Positions 54,101 to 63,187 of a stretch of 64,000 bases of DNA are shown here, in pieces (the stretch's first letter is position 1; each line of letters opens with the position of its first letter). The notes beneath the pieces were generated by a model. The model saw only the letters and a list, made by a program, of their open reading frames with translations, was not told the origin of the DNA and did no database searches. The translations under genes and the position numbers were made by a program. Origin of the DNA: a virus (taxonomy: Duplodnaviria; Caudoviricetes); IMG/VR virus record IMGVR_UViG_3300020441_000003, positions 1 through 64,000 of that record. One strand, given 5' to 3'.

Positions 54101-54944
54101 AGTTTGTATCTGTTGTGTCTGTTAAACTAAATTTAGAAAGTGTTAATGTGAATTTAAGTCTGTCTGCACCTGGAGCGTTTTCGTTTGTTGTTCCTTGTGA
54201 GTTATCTAATAGTGATGTATCTGATGCTGATGTTTCTATACTCTCTACAACATTTATACCAATTCTAAATGATGGTTTACCACTATATTTTTCTAATACT
54301 AATGTTTGTGCATCTACTTTTACAAAAAACCCTCTGATGAATACAACACCCTCATTAATATTTGCAACAGATGAACGACCAACAAAATTTGTATCTGTTG
54401 ATTCACTAACAACTTTAAATTCGTTGTTGTTTGATGCGACTGATATTCCGCCAGATGAACTTACTGTGACTTCTCTAAGTTCTTCAGCAGCTTTAAATCT
54501 TACAGATGCTTGAACTGTAGAAGAACCATCTGAACCCTCTTGTAAATATTTAACTATAAGTGTATCGGGGTCTGTAGATGTCTGTGCTACTGTTGTTATG
54601 ACCTCTGCGACTGCACCAGAACTCTCTCCTTGAATAATTTTACCTTTGAAGTCTGCAATGTATGATGATACATCTGCTGTTCCTGCGCCATTTGGGTTTG
54701 TTGCCTCTAGTTTAACAAACTCGACATCCATATCGATGTCTGTTTCGGCTCCATTTACGATAGAACCCTCTTTAAACATGTGATCACCGAATCTTTGAAC
54801 TTGATTCTGTAGTAATGATTGAGATTGTGTTAATTCTCTTGCTTGAACTGGACGACCTGCTCTAAAGAGAACTTTATGGAAGTTTTTACTCTCTGAAAAG
54901 TCATCGTAATATGGTGATATGTTTAAATCTGTTTTCTGCGACAT
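48138..54944 (-). CDS. Large VrlC/DUF4815-like baseplate-associated structural protein
   Basis: LNISPYYDDF, RPVQARELTQ, APGADR, RFKSGFLVDNF, DPLAETF; 2268 aa. Confidence 0.85.
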   Translation of the reverse strand: MSQKTDLNISPYYDDFSESKNFHKVLFRAGRPVQARELTQSQSLLQNQVQRFGDHMFKEGSIVNGAETDIDMDVEFVKLEATNPNGAGTADVSSYIADFKGKIIQGESSGAVAEVITTVAQTSTDPDTLIVKYLQEGSDGSSTVQASVRFKAAEELREVTVSSSGGISVASNNNEFKVVSESTDTNFVGRSSVANINEGVVFIRGFFVKVDAQTLVLEKYSGKPSFRIGINVVESIETSASDTSLLDNSQGTTNENAPGADRLKFTLTLSKFSLTDTTDTNFVELGRVNAGVIELEINRPIYGHIEQALARRTFDANGDFVVRQFTSSFREHLIDGFNRGFYESFQGGDESKVVMQISPGKAYVKGFDVTKDGTTNLNINKARTTESLSNANTPARLGNKLRLQNVHGLPEFGDSTTMTSYKPIKLLDTVIDQSDASTRNTIPNTHIGFARVRCIDEQSSTLSNLYLFDIKMFTKISITIGDANEFKPGDKVTGIVDTGTSAGGSGATGIVAYSDHSNNFVMLHDVVGTFTTADALEVKGVGDYSSTTVNPTAIRTYNIEDARGVGQEPSTASSADKNFTATIPTDSVKIISGATVLSSSGALTGTGTAFLNELRPGDIIVDGNGAEQVINTVTDNSNAQTVASPGSNGVIANPGAGLIRKRAKLYNQDQSASIFAWPRDYVKTHTGTETTVKIQKEFQVSASGTITLTKQSNESFEPVNNDNYQFAIMNATASPSSGRIDGAVFHADDVTFAAASGNNRAVTIGTSADENAIVRASYTVSVNSPTAKSKDLREYRALRVMKSDAQTNFYGTAYDHKEISLGVSDIFKIRGIFEAVPGTTTTDSSESVEVATPPNAVFNVSSGTFGAGNIVKGQTTGVRAKLIDTVVDDTTAFFYYLGNAKFTAGETVVDETSGAVATLTSIGTSSPDIKNRYFLDNGQRDGYYDLGKLILKTGEPTPNNPITILFDYFVGGSGDYYDVSSYSGVDYDEIPIFSPNKVDAGGFEPDGTFELADTVDYRPSVGQIFGSSTFGQSSTDFDIQNTINLSDHSSAGHLVSPFAYESRSFEASLSSPSITTTRASFSRCPLPTSMTKGNISFYVPRIDKIFLHKSGSFQLAQGVPSITPRKPAAIDDAIEMFELFVPPFTKNANEIRSRSRDYRRFTMSDIGKINQRVTNLERVTALSLLEKDTQTLQVLDADGLDRFKSGFLVDNFRGHKVGDVTHPDYNVAIDTKLGHLRPKNYTQFFDISLNTAQSSGYQKTGDLITLPFSEISYVNQNKASRHINVNPYHVFAFIGNVKLTPETDIWNDHEQLPDVRINREGNFDAVLAENENSLGTVWNEWQTTWVGEPQVVETESVAAVPGSWSGDPAQGGEWTQGTTITREITDTPEIQSRTGVRTSVVEDFVETRNDRVVSVSVIPFIRSREIKIDATNLKPNTNHFIYFDGIRVDQFVRPDNANYSQDSGTTVTSGVKTDGNGRVICHFNIPNDDNQRFPTGQRQVLVTSSATNLNNPDSRASSNYQAQGLLNTSQTEIVSTRNGRVIMERLSGERQIMRRGERLNIESDGSLPPTPPPPPPAPPPPPPPPPPPPTPALTPNPPPPPPPAPTPAPTPAPTPAPTPVPLPVQPPVPPFDRFVAPDDERVFRAERTNEGWMDPLAETFLVEADGGMMLTSIDLFFKSKDASLPVSVEIRDVVNGYPGKVTLPFSIVTKNPGDVNISEDGSVATTFSFESPVYLEEGKEMCFVVYSNSNNYECFISRMGEVDLITGQVISGQPYAGSLFTSQNASTWSAEQMDDLKFHMKIAKFTTNVAGNVIFENEHLPANLIKENSVEVYSNQSFARFYSYSHGNYSTNSNVVISGVAGDKTNGVLTVSVPSTALGSNSTTFNVSAKTQTHSNSSGNPNGGCVIQTITTDASGNATSATISNPGQGYAANETITVADVNGSGTAVSLTIASVGDTLGGLPVSALNQVFNSINHYDIDSFCVTPDLSSFHLSYTNAIQSTIGGGSSVFVTNNLYYDVLHTMIPSLTFKDCDLIPSVRRTGMNSPESSSLDTAYLMRSTNDFITLNDNNFFERPSVIASSVNEVNEVSGGPTTKSLECRLQLITANPNISPIIDTGTIGALGIMNRINDIDVSGDVSTGRAYTPSTEPDGDNNEFVYITRKVALKNPASSIKVIADNFRPPDTDLKFMFKILKNDETTPIDDLGFEFFNTDGSPDIALEQDARNFKEYEYTADGLAEFTAFQIKIVGQAQNTSIVPLVSALRCMALA
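50057..50243 (-). repeat. GC-rich poly-Pro / (PAPT)n coding insert
   Basis: PPTPPPPPPAPPPPPPPPPPPTP...PAPTPAPTPAPTPAPTP. Confidence 0.9.
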
Positions 54945-54962
54945 ATTTTAATCTTTTAGTTG

Positions 54963-54978
54963 TGGGTCCGAAGACCCA
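54963..54978 (-). terminator. C(UUCG)G tetraloop hairpin after gp8
   Basis: TGGGTC-TTCG-GACCCA with no U tract, so possibly an mRNA stabiliser. Confidence 0.6.
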
Positions 54979-54982
54979 TTAA

Positions 54983-56473
54983 TTACATTTCAATAATCAG
55001 TTTGATGTCTTCAATCTGATCAGCGGCTCTTGATACTGCACCTCTATTCTCAACATAGAGAATTTGTCCAGTAAATCTAGTCATCTCTGGATGTGCAGAT
55101 GATACACCTGATGAACTCACATCAACACTTGTATCTGAACCATCTTTAAATATACTATTCGAGTTTGCAAAATTGACATACTCACCACCTGAGTTTACAA
55201 CTGGTAATAGTTTTAAAACATTGCCTGTTTTAGATACTATTCTTGCTTTTGCAGTTGTAGCTGACTCTGAAGCTGCGTTTGTAATTACATCATCTACAGT
55301 TAAACTTGTTGCATTGTCAACTGTGACTTGATTAGTTGCAGTCAACGAAGCTTCTGTAGATATTGTTGAATCAGATGATTGAACTGGATTCTTAATTAAT
55401 CCTATTCTTCTAAAATCATTATCTGTTGGGAAATCACCTGAACCCTCACCAAACTCTAATCTAGAGTTTACTATTACATAATTACCGCCTAATTCTTCAA
55501 GCGGGTTTGCACCATGTCCGTTGATTGGTGATATAATAGGTTTAAATGTTGCACCTGTTCCAGCAGTTAAACCTGATAATGCAGATGCTAATGTTGGATG
55601 AGATGCTCTTTTATAACCTGAACCGAATGAACTTGTATCTTTTCTCTGAACTCTTTTCAGAGCACCACTTTCAAATGATAATGTTGCAACAGCACCCGAA
55701 CCGTCTCCTTCAATATTGACATCAAAGTCAAAAGTTCCAGATGAACCATTATTATATCCTGAACCGGCAGCTGTCACGACATAATGATAGATTGCACCAT
55801 CAACGGAGCCATTTTCTACATCCCACTGAGCAGAACTATCGTCTGTTGCAGTTGAACCAAATTGTCCGTTTGTACCTGAACCTGCAACTCCTGATTTTGC
55901 ACCTATTGTTTTTACTGGTATAAAATCATTTGTCACAAATTTAATAACATCTGATGCGCCTATTGAATACATAAATTTCCACATATAACCATGAGTTGCA
56001 CCTGTATCTGATGTAATTTGTGGTATTGTTGATGAAGTAGTATCAGGCTTTACAGTTGAATTTACAGCAACACCACTAGAATTTACTCCTGTTCTTAAAC
56101 ACTTGTATACTCTAAAGTCTTCTGTAATTACATAACCTCTTGCATCAAAAAAGTTTGATGCGCCTGTCACATTTGATGTATTAGTTGATGAGTAATCATC
56201 TCTATATTCATCATACTTTGTGCTGTGTGTTGAATCCCAATTGTATCTTACTAGACCATGTGAAACATCTGTTGATGCCACTTTTTTAAGTGCAATCATA
56301 TCTTCGTATGCACTTATCTCTTCGCTCTCTGAATTAGCAGGAGCAGGTGGGTTATTATCGTCTGTCCACGAATGTGGTCTGCCAATGAAGACATATTGCG
56401 ACTCTTCGGTAAAGTCTTCTATGAACTGCCTTGCATTGTGCGTTCTAAATTTTTCTGTTATTATAGCTGCCAT
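54983..56473 (-). CDS. gp8: Baseplate wedge protein
   Basis: YVFIGRPHSW, VYKCL, GYMWKFMY, NDFRRIGLIKNP, GQILYVENR. Confidence 0.9.
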   Translation of the reverse strand: MAAIITEKFRTHNARQFIEDFTEESQYVFIGRPHSWTDDNNPPAPANSESEEISAYEDMIALKKVASTDVSHGLVRYNWDSTHSTKYDEYRDDYSSTNTSNVTGASNFFDARGYVITEDFRVYKCLRTGVNSSGVAVNSTVKPDTTSSTIPQITSDTGATHGYMWKFMYSIGASDVIKFVTNDFIPVKTIGAKSGVAGSGTNGQFGSTATDDSSAQWDVENGSVDGAIYHYVVTAAGSGYNNGSSGTFDFDVNIEGDGSGAVATLSFESGALKRVQRKDTSSFGSGYKRASHPTLASALSGLTAGTGATFKPIISPINGHGANPLEELGGNYVIVNSRLEFGEGSGDFPTDNDFRRIGLIKNPVQSSDSTISTEASLTATNQVTVDNATSLTVDDVITNAASESATTAKARIVSKTGNVLKLLPVVNSGGEYVNFANSNSIFKDGSDTSVDVSSSGVSSAHPEMTRFTGQILYVENRGAVSRAADQIEDIKLIIEM

Positions 56474-56503
56474 TTTTTTAACTCTCCAGTTATCTTATTA
56501 AAC

Positions 56504-56511
56504 TATTTATA
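56504..56511 (-). promoter_or_regulatory. T4-type late promoter (gp8)
   Basis: TATAAATA overlapping the upstream stop. Confidence 0.7.
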
Positions 56512-59500
56512 AGGATTGTAGAGTAGAATTGGTAACATTTGATGAATTAACATACGAACTAAACCCTATGTTTGTTCTTTTTCTTGTTAAATCATCTAAA
56601 TCGTTGACATAGGTATTTCCTAGCAACGAATCCAATTGACTAATATTCAATCCGTCTTCTTTTGATTCTTCTGATAATATCGCACTGATACCATCTTCCA
56701 TTAAAATCTTATCTTCGTCATTTGTATCAGATGTCTCATCTAAAAGATAGTAAGAAATCTTATAACAATTTTGGAATGCGATCTTATTTAGTGTTCTAAA
56801 AGTAGGTCCTATTGGCACAAATGTATGCACACTTTCACCTGCATCTTCTTTTAATACTGCATCACCATCTTCCATGACGACTCTATCTCCGTCTTCATGA
56901 TATACAAATGGATTTGATAATTCTATTGTTCTTTCTGTGACAAAATACTCTCTCTCTTCTGGAACTGTGTCATCTTCTAATAGTGTAGTGCCACTGCCAT
57001 CTTCTAGAAGTATTTTATGTCCGTGTAAATCTCTATCGAATGGTTCTTGTCTTAAAAAGTTTAATGGTTCTTCGTTTAGTATTTTAAAACCGTCTTCAAA
57101 TATTAATAATTCTTCTTCGGGATTGTATAATTGAAATACTAATCCTGAATCTGATGGTCTTACTGCAACTGCACCTCTATCTACACCACCAGTCAAGTCT
57201 GGAATATAGTAATCATTTTCTTTGTCGACAATATTTGATACACTCAATGCACCATCTCTTCTAGGAGATTTTTGTATGACCGCATTGAATGTTGCTGTTG
57301 TAGGAAAATTATTGCCTGATACTCTTGTTGATATAATAGATTGTGAATCACTATCAATAAATTTTCTAACAGATAAAACATTGACATGGTGTGCATCTTT
57401 TATTGTTTCGCCACCAATTTTTGTATTTGTTATAGCATGTTTCAAGTCGTTTATAAGTTTTAAACCACCATCTACTTCTGTTTTTGTTGTTAAAATTAAG
57501 AATACTCTTTCTCTATTTGTTATTGCAACATTGTCTCTTGATTCTTCATTTTCTAGGAGATCACCAGTTTCTAATAATACTCTGACTGGCGCATCTCTTG
57601 TTGATTCTTCAAACAACATATTGTTTGTTGGGAAAGATGGTATAACAATAGTAGGCACAAAATTTGTAGATATGATACCTAACTGGTTATCTGAGTCAAC
57701 TTCAAATCGACCACCTAAACTAGAACTTAATATTTGTGATTTAACTGCAACTTCACCAAAGAATACATGACCTGCTGGGTGAACTAACTCTTTTAGTATA
57801 CCTCTATATTTGTTTATTGATTGACCAACTTTAACTACATAACTGTGACTCTGATAAAACTTACTATCTTGTATGTGTGCATTCTCTCCTGATACGAAAC
57901 CTTGGTCGCTTAAGAAATTATCATTTAATAATCCTTCACCTGCAACTTTACCTCTTGCAGTGTAATTATCATTCTTTAAAATTTTAAATGTATCTGAACT
58001 ATTATATGTGACTGTTTCATTATCTCTAAATTGACCATTTAGACTTGTATATTTTAGTATTTGTCTTTGACTGTCATATGACTGAACTAAAGCAGTAGTT
58101 CCTGATTTAGAACCAGTAATTGTCAAACCTTTTGTAGGTGTTGCAGATGGTCCTGTTATTAACATATTATGAAATGATGTATTACCAATAATCGCATCGC
58201 CGTCAAAATTATATCCTTGATCTGAGATTGTTAGTTTTTCAACTGCACCAATTTGTGATGACCATGCAAATATCTTGGCACCTGTTCCGCTTGAAACTTT
58301 TGCAAGCGTGTTTGTTCTTACAGTTGTTGATACTGAACCTGTAATAGATTCAGCTGTTTGAAAAACACCTGTGTTTGCATTCGTTCTTCTAATCACAAGT
58401 CTATTAGATTCTATTCTTAATATTATACCAGTTGCGTTTGAAGTTCCACCTGTGACTGTCTCACCAACTTGATATCCTGATGTATCGCTAAAATAAAGAT
58501 AACCACCTGGAAATGCAGTTGGTAATTTTTCATAACCTACACCAGGGTTTGTAATCTGAACATTTCTAATTCTTTGGTCTGTAGAAACTGTTGAATTATC
58601 TTTGTTAATATATGAACTTAATAAGATAGGTTCATCGTCTTCGTATATTAATCTACTCTTGTCTGAAAATATTTCTACTCTATCACCATTTGATAAATTT
58701 GGGTTTGTAGTAAATGTTATGCCGTCTAATGCAAATGAAAATGTATTCTCTGCTTGTGCAACACCATTGATATGAACTTCTACATTACCTGCTGGTGATA
58801 GTGCAACTGGTTTACCATGTAAATCTCTATTTGCTTGACCATCTGTGATACCACCAAATACTGTTTGATTTGCTGTTGCAGAAAACTCATATTGTTCTGT
58901 AGCAAGTGCATCTTCTAATATTAATTCGTCACCAGTTGAACCAATGACTGCCTCTGCACCATTACCACCTGTTGCACTGTCATCAAATACAACTATATCA
59001 CCTGCATCATAATTTTGACCTGCACTTTCAATGTAAACTTTTTCTATACCACCTCTTGATAGTCCAGTGACATTTGAACTTGCTGTAATTGCATCTGTAT
59101 CTGTTTTACCACCTGAAAAAGTTATTAAGTCTTGTATATCATACATCGAACCGAAAGATGTTTTCTCTAATAATAAACCATTTCCGTCTTCGTCTAATAT
59201 ATCGCCACTATCATCTTCTTGTGATAGATATACAGAACCGTTAGAGTTATCGACTGTTGATACGATACCTAAAACTGTTGCAGTATTTTCTGATACACCA
59301 TCTCTATCTACGAATGTGACTAATCTGTTAAATTCAAATTCACCTCTATGTAAATAAGATATTGAAATTGAATATATGTCATTTGATTGATCTATAATTG
59401 TGACACTTTCTACTACTGCTTCTGCTGAAACTAATGTAGGTGTTGATACATCAAATTGTTTTATTTTATCTGTTGCAACAGGCAATTTATCAGCGACAGT

Positions 59501-60283
59501 CATCTTAACTGTCATTCTTCTTTCTTCGCTAAATTTTGAATCAGATAATACTACTGTTTCATCTACAGGATATTTTATCTCTGCATCTTCACCATACAGA
59601 AGTCTCATTAAAAATTTAACTGAGTCTGCGGTACCTTTTTGTTTGTATAGTGAACCTATATTTTTTAATGTTAATCTAGGATTTTGTGTTGTTCTTAAAT
59701 CTAGAGACGGTATGAAATCTTTTTGAAAGTAAGATAAAAATGTCTCTAGTGTTTGGTCTATATCTGAATAATCTAATAGTCTATTGTTTGCGACAACACT
59801 ATTCTCTTTGTATGTCTTAATTACACCAGTTTGATTTCCATCTCTTCCTACTATTGATTCGCCTGATGCAAATCCTGTGCCAGATATAGAGTCTACTATA
59901 AGTGTATTGCCGTTTATGACTTTAATTTTTGCAAGTGAACCGTTTGTCTGTCCGAAAACATATTCACCTATTTGGAATGGTTCTAATTCTTGACCGCTAT
60001 TATTTTGTTGTGCGACTAAAAGTTTAGAACTATCTTTATCTGGTGAGGCGGGATTGGTACCTGCTTCTAATAACAAACTAGCTGCTATTTCAGAGGTACC
60101 ATCCTCTAACCTTATGCCCTCTAATTCTGATTTAGATTCGAGAACAATAATTTCTGATTCTAGGAACTCGAAATACGCTTGTAAAAATGATTCAAATATC
60201 GGAGCCTCATCTTGTATCCATTCTGGAAGAAGACTAGGTAATCTTGTCGATAGTCGATCTACAATGTGTTTTTCGTGTGCCAT
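56507..60283 (-). CDS. Baseplate wedge initiator-like protein (gp7-like)
   Basis: LYKQKGT..SVKFLMRLLYG, QDSKFYQSHSYVVK, VHPAG; position between gp6 and gp8. Confidence 0.78.
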   Translation of the reverse strand: MAHEKHIVDRLSTRLPSLLPEWIQDEAPIFESFLQAYFEFLESEIIVLESKSELEGIRLEDGTSEIAASLLLEAGTNPASPDKDSSKLLVAQQNNSGQELEPFQIGEYVFGQTNGSLAKIKVINGNTLIVDSISGTGFASGESIVGRDGNQTGVIKTYKENSVVANNRLLDYSDIDQTLETFLSYFQKDFIPSLDLRTTQNPRLTLKNIGSLYKQKGTADSVKFLMRLLYGEDAEIKYPVDETVVLSDSKFSEERRMTVKMTVADKLPVATDKIKQFDVSTPTLVSAEAVVESVTIIDQSNDIYSISISYLHRGEFEFNRLVTFVDRDGVSENTATVLGIVSTVDNSNGSVYLSQEDDSGDILDEDGNGLLLEKTSFGSMYDIQDLITFSGGKTDTDAITASSNVTGLSRGGIEKVYIESAGQNYDAGDIVVFDDSATGGNGAEAVIGSTGDELILEDALATEQYEFSATANQTVFGGITDGQANRDLHGKPVALSPAGNVEVHINGVAQAENTFSFALDGITFTTNPNLSNGDRVEIFSDKSRLIYEDDEPILLSSYINKDNSTVSTDQRIRNVQITNPGVGYEKLPTAFPGGYLYFSDTSGYQVGETVTGGTSNATGIILRIESNRLVIRRTNANTGVFQTAESITGSVSTTVRTNTLAKVSSGTGAKIFAWSSQIGAVEKLTISDQGYNFDGDAIIGNTSFHNMLITGPSATPTKGLTITGSKSGTTALVQSYDSQRQILKYTSLNGQFRDNETVTYNSSDTFKILKNDNYTARGKVAGEGLLNDNFLSDQGFVSGENAHIQDSKFYQSHSYVVKVGQSINKYRGILKELVHPAGHVFFGEVAVKSQILSSSLGGRFEVDSDNQLGIISTNFVPTIVIPSFPTNNMLFEESTRDAPVRVLLETGDLLENEESRDNVAITNRERVFLILTTKTEVDGGLKLINDLKHAITNTKIGGETIKDAHHVNVLSVRKFIDSDSQSIISTRVSGNNFPTTATFNAVIQKSPRRDGALSVSNIVDKENDYYIPDLTGGVDRGAVAVRPSDSGLVFQLYNPEEELLIFEDGFKILNEEPLNFLRQEPFDRDLHGHKILLEDGSGTTLLEDDTVPEEREYFVTERTIELSNPFVYHEDGDRVVMEDGDAVLKEDAGESVHTFVPIGPTFRTLNKIAFQNCYKISYYLLDETSDTNDEDKILMEDGISAILSEESKEDGLNISQLDSLLGNTYVNDLDDLTRKRTNIGFSSYVNSSNVTNSTLQSL

Positions 60284-60297
60284 ATTTTAATCAGTTA

Positions 60298-60789
60298 TTA
60301 TACACCTGATACTGATGAACCTGTACCTAATATACTAATTGGGTACCAAACTAATGAACCCTCAGCACCTAGAGCGATACAGACTACTGCACCACCTGTT
60401 TCTAGAACGATGTCATTACTAGATGAACCATCTGTCCATGAGGTTACATTAATTATCAAGTCATCAGAATCATTATCGTCTTTTCTTACGATGATTTTTA
60501 ACTGACCAACAGATGATGCATTCGCCAATGTCATAGTGACATTACCAGATGTGCCTGTTAAATCAATTAATGATACTGCTTTTGTTGCACTGACAGCTGA
60601 TGCAGTCTCATCTAAAGACTCAACATCATCCAATGCTACATAAGTTGGTATATTGTTAAACAATCTACTCAAACTCATTTTCTTATTGACTGGAGAGCCT
60701 GATGGATTGTCAACGATGTGTAGTAAATCTACTGCATTAACATCACCAGCTGCTATCTCAGACAACGCTGTTATTTTCTTATCTGCCAT
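60298..60789 (-). CDS. Structural protein with MADKKITAL N-terminus
   Basis: GGAGG RBS; beta-rich 163 aa. Confidence 0.7.
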   Translation of the reverse strand: MADKKITALSEIAAGDVNAVDLLHIVDNPSGSPVNKKMSLSRLFNNIPTYVALDDVESLDETASAVSATKAVSLIDLTGTSGNVTMTLANASSVGQLKIIVRKDDNDSDDLIINVTSWTDGSSSNDIVLETGGAVVCIALGAEGSLVWYPISILGTGSSVSGV

Positions 60790-60860
60790 TCTATTTTCCT
60801 CCTGTAATCCAATTGAATGGGAAACTACTCATGGTAAATGCCATGACCACTTTACTCATA

Positions 60861-62732
60861 TTAATAACTAGAACTAGATGTAGATGTATAACCTACACCA
60901 GCGCTACTCTCACCACTTGTAATGGTGTCTATTTCACCTGATGTCTTTATGTCATCGATGCTGATGTCAATCAAAGAACCTCTGATTGCAACTACATCGT
61001 CACTTGAAGGTATCACGGTGTAATCGATTGATGTATCATTGTTTACAGTTGAAGTAAACTTAATGGCATTAATCGAAACTTTACCACTGGTATAATCTAT
61101 GGTACCAGCAGATTGATCTGCGATGACTCTTGTAGTTCCTGATAGTGAGTATCTTCTCACATTACCTGAACCATCGTCATCAAAAAAGTATGTGTTGACT
61201 GTATCGCCGTCAACTTTAAAACCTGTTGTTGAAAGAATACCACCTGAGTCTTTGTTATGACCATCGTGTGGGTGGAAGAAACCATTACCGAAGTTAATTA
61301 CTAATCCTTCTGATTTATTTAATGTAATAGTTTTTTTCTTTTTCAATCTTATATTTGTTATGTTAGATATGATAGATGTATCAGTATCGTCAATTGACTT
61401 GACAAGATTTGAATGTCTGAATATACTATCAAAGTTGTTTAAATTTGTATTATCAAAATTTACAATTGTGTTCTTTACCAATGCTTCTAGTTCGCCTTTT
61501 GATAATGTTGTTTCGTTTTCGTTGTATTTGAATATTGATGTAATTAAAATCTTTACTATCTCTGCATCTACTATCTCAGGTCTTACAGTCAACATGTTTA
61601 ACTGATTTAGTTTACCTTGCACCTCTGATTTTTCTATTTCAGAAAGATAATCTGAGTTTTGTGGTTTGAGAGAGATGAATACTTTACCGTATTGTGGTGG
61701 GTCATTGTCTTCACCGCCCCACACTGCAACTGCATCTGCGTTAGGATAGTATTCACTTACTTTTGCCTTATAGTCATTGAGTGTGACTAATCTGTTTTGT
61801 GATGTATAGAATTTTGTTGCTTTAAATTTAATTGAGTCTATACTTTCTTTTTCTGCACCACCATTTGCAGGCGTAGATGTTGTTATCAAGACATTTGTAA
61901 ATCCGTTGATTGCATCTGCCATTGTAAATGACTTTGCACCATCAGCATGTATATCATCTACAATGATATATGTCACACTAATTTGGTCGCCGTCTAAAAG
62001 ACCTTGACCTAAAACACCATCACCAAAATATATCTCTATGAATCCTTCTTCGTTTTCTTGCGTATAAAATACTTTAGTTGAACTTGTTATTGTTGATACA
62101 TCTGTAGACAATGTATACTTACTAGTAGAACCATCTGAATTTACAGATACTTCTAAAGTTGATTTATCAACTCTTGCGTTTGACAAAACAAATTTAGCGT
62201 TTTTAATTTGATTGTCAAATATGTATTGATCTGTTGAATATTGACCTTGTGAAATATTTACATTTGAATATGTAAAATCCATGTTATCTCTAATTGGTGT
62301 GACACTATCAACACAAACAAAATTATATGACACACCATCATATACAGTTGTGAAGTTATGACCTCTTGGCAAAATCATGTCATTTTCAGTAGGTATTGTC
62401 TGATCTGCATTTCTTATATTTGATGCTTTAATATCTACGACTGCACTCGAAGTTTTTTCAGATGCAGGAACAAAACCTAAATCTTTTGCACGAGATACTA
62501 CATTCTTTCTGATCTGAGCAGAATCTAAGAACATCTCTGAAGCAGCTATATTGGTGTTTAAAGCACCTATATGTGATGCATATGCCATCATATCTACTAA
62601 GACATTGATATTTGAACCCTCAAAATCATAGTCTTTAAAAATAGTCTGACCTTTTAAATATGATTTTAGATTTTCTGCTATATCATTAAAATCTAAATCT
62701 GTTGTGTTTATTAGTGAACTTTTTGTTGACAT
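60861..62732 (-). CDS. gp6: Baseplate wedge protein
   Basis: DLDFNDI..NLK, DYDFEGS, FLDSAQIR, QNRLVTLNDY, WGGED. Confidence 0.94.
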   Translation of the reverse strand: MSTKSSLINTTDLDFNDIAENLKSYLKGQTIFKDYDFEGSNINVLVDMMAYASHIGALNTNIAASEMFLDSAQIRKNVVSRAKDLGFVPASEKTSSAVVDIKASNIRNADQTIPTENDMILPRGHNFTTVYDGVSYNFVCVDSVTPIRDNMDFTYSNVNISQGQYSTDQYIFDNQIKNAKFVLSNARVDKSTLEVSVNSDGSTSKYTLSTDVSTITSSTKVFYTQENEEGFIEIYFGDGVLGQGLLDGDQISVTYIIVDDIHADGAKSFTMADAINGFTNVLITTSTPANGGAEKESIDSIKFKATKFYTSQNRLVTLNDYKAKVSEYYPNADAVAVWGGEDNDPPQYGKVFISLKPQNSDYLSEIEKSEVQGKLNQLNMLTVRPEIVDAEIVKILITSIFKYNENETTLSKGELEALVKNTIVNFDNTNLNNFDSIFRHSNLVKSIDDTDTSIISNITNIRLKKKKTITLNKSEGLVINFGNGFFHPHDGHNKDSGGILSTTGFKVDGDTVNTYFFDDDGSGNVRRYSLSGTTRVIADQSAGTIDYTSGKVSINAIKFTSTVNNDTSIDYTVIPSSDDVVAIRGSLIDISIDDIKTSGEIDTITSGESSAGVGYTSTSSSSY

Positions 62733-63163
62733 TACCTTACCCTACTTACTTTGAAACTTATATCTTGTGCCTCTGAGACATTTTGCATTGTGAAAAAGAT
62801 TGTGACATCTAATGCATTTCTTAAAATAGCATCATCACTAATTCTTAGTTCTAGACTTTCTATTCTAGGTTCGAGTCGCATAATAGACTGAGTTATTAAT
62901 TGAGAAGTTCTATCACCTAACTCACCGTCTCTGAGTTCAAATAATCTGGTTCTTAAATTAGAACCGAAATTTGGTTTAAAAGGTCTTTCGTAATGATTAG
63001 TTAAAACTATATTTTTTAAAGACCTTTTTACAGCATCTACATCTCTTTTTACAGTTATATCTTCCGTTATTGGATGTCTCTCGAAAGATATATCTATATC
63101 TGTATAGATGTCCTTTGTTGCAACATTTTTAGCGTTTGGTTTTATATAATCTCTGGATGCCAT
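62732..63163 (-). CDS. gp25: Baseplate wedge subunit
   Basis: YTDIDISF..HP, AVKRSLKNIV.T...ERPF.P.FG, EPRI. Confidence 0.93.
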   Translation of the reverse strand: MASRDYIKPNAKNVATKDIYTDIDISFERHPITEDITVKRDVDAVKRSLKNIVLTNHYERPFKPNFGSNLRTRLFELRDGELGDRTSQLITQSIMRLEPRIESLELRISDDAILRNALDVTIFFTMQNVSEAQDISFKVSRVR

Positions 63164-63168
63164 TTAAC

Positions 63169-63176
63169 TATTTATA
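63169..63176 (-). promoter_or_regulatory. T4-type late promoter (gp25)
   Basis: TATAAATA-N5-ATG. Confidence 0.75.
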
Positions 63177-63187
63177 CACCTTTTACA

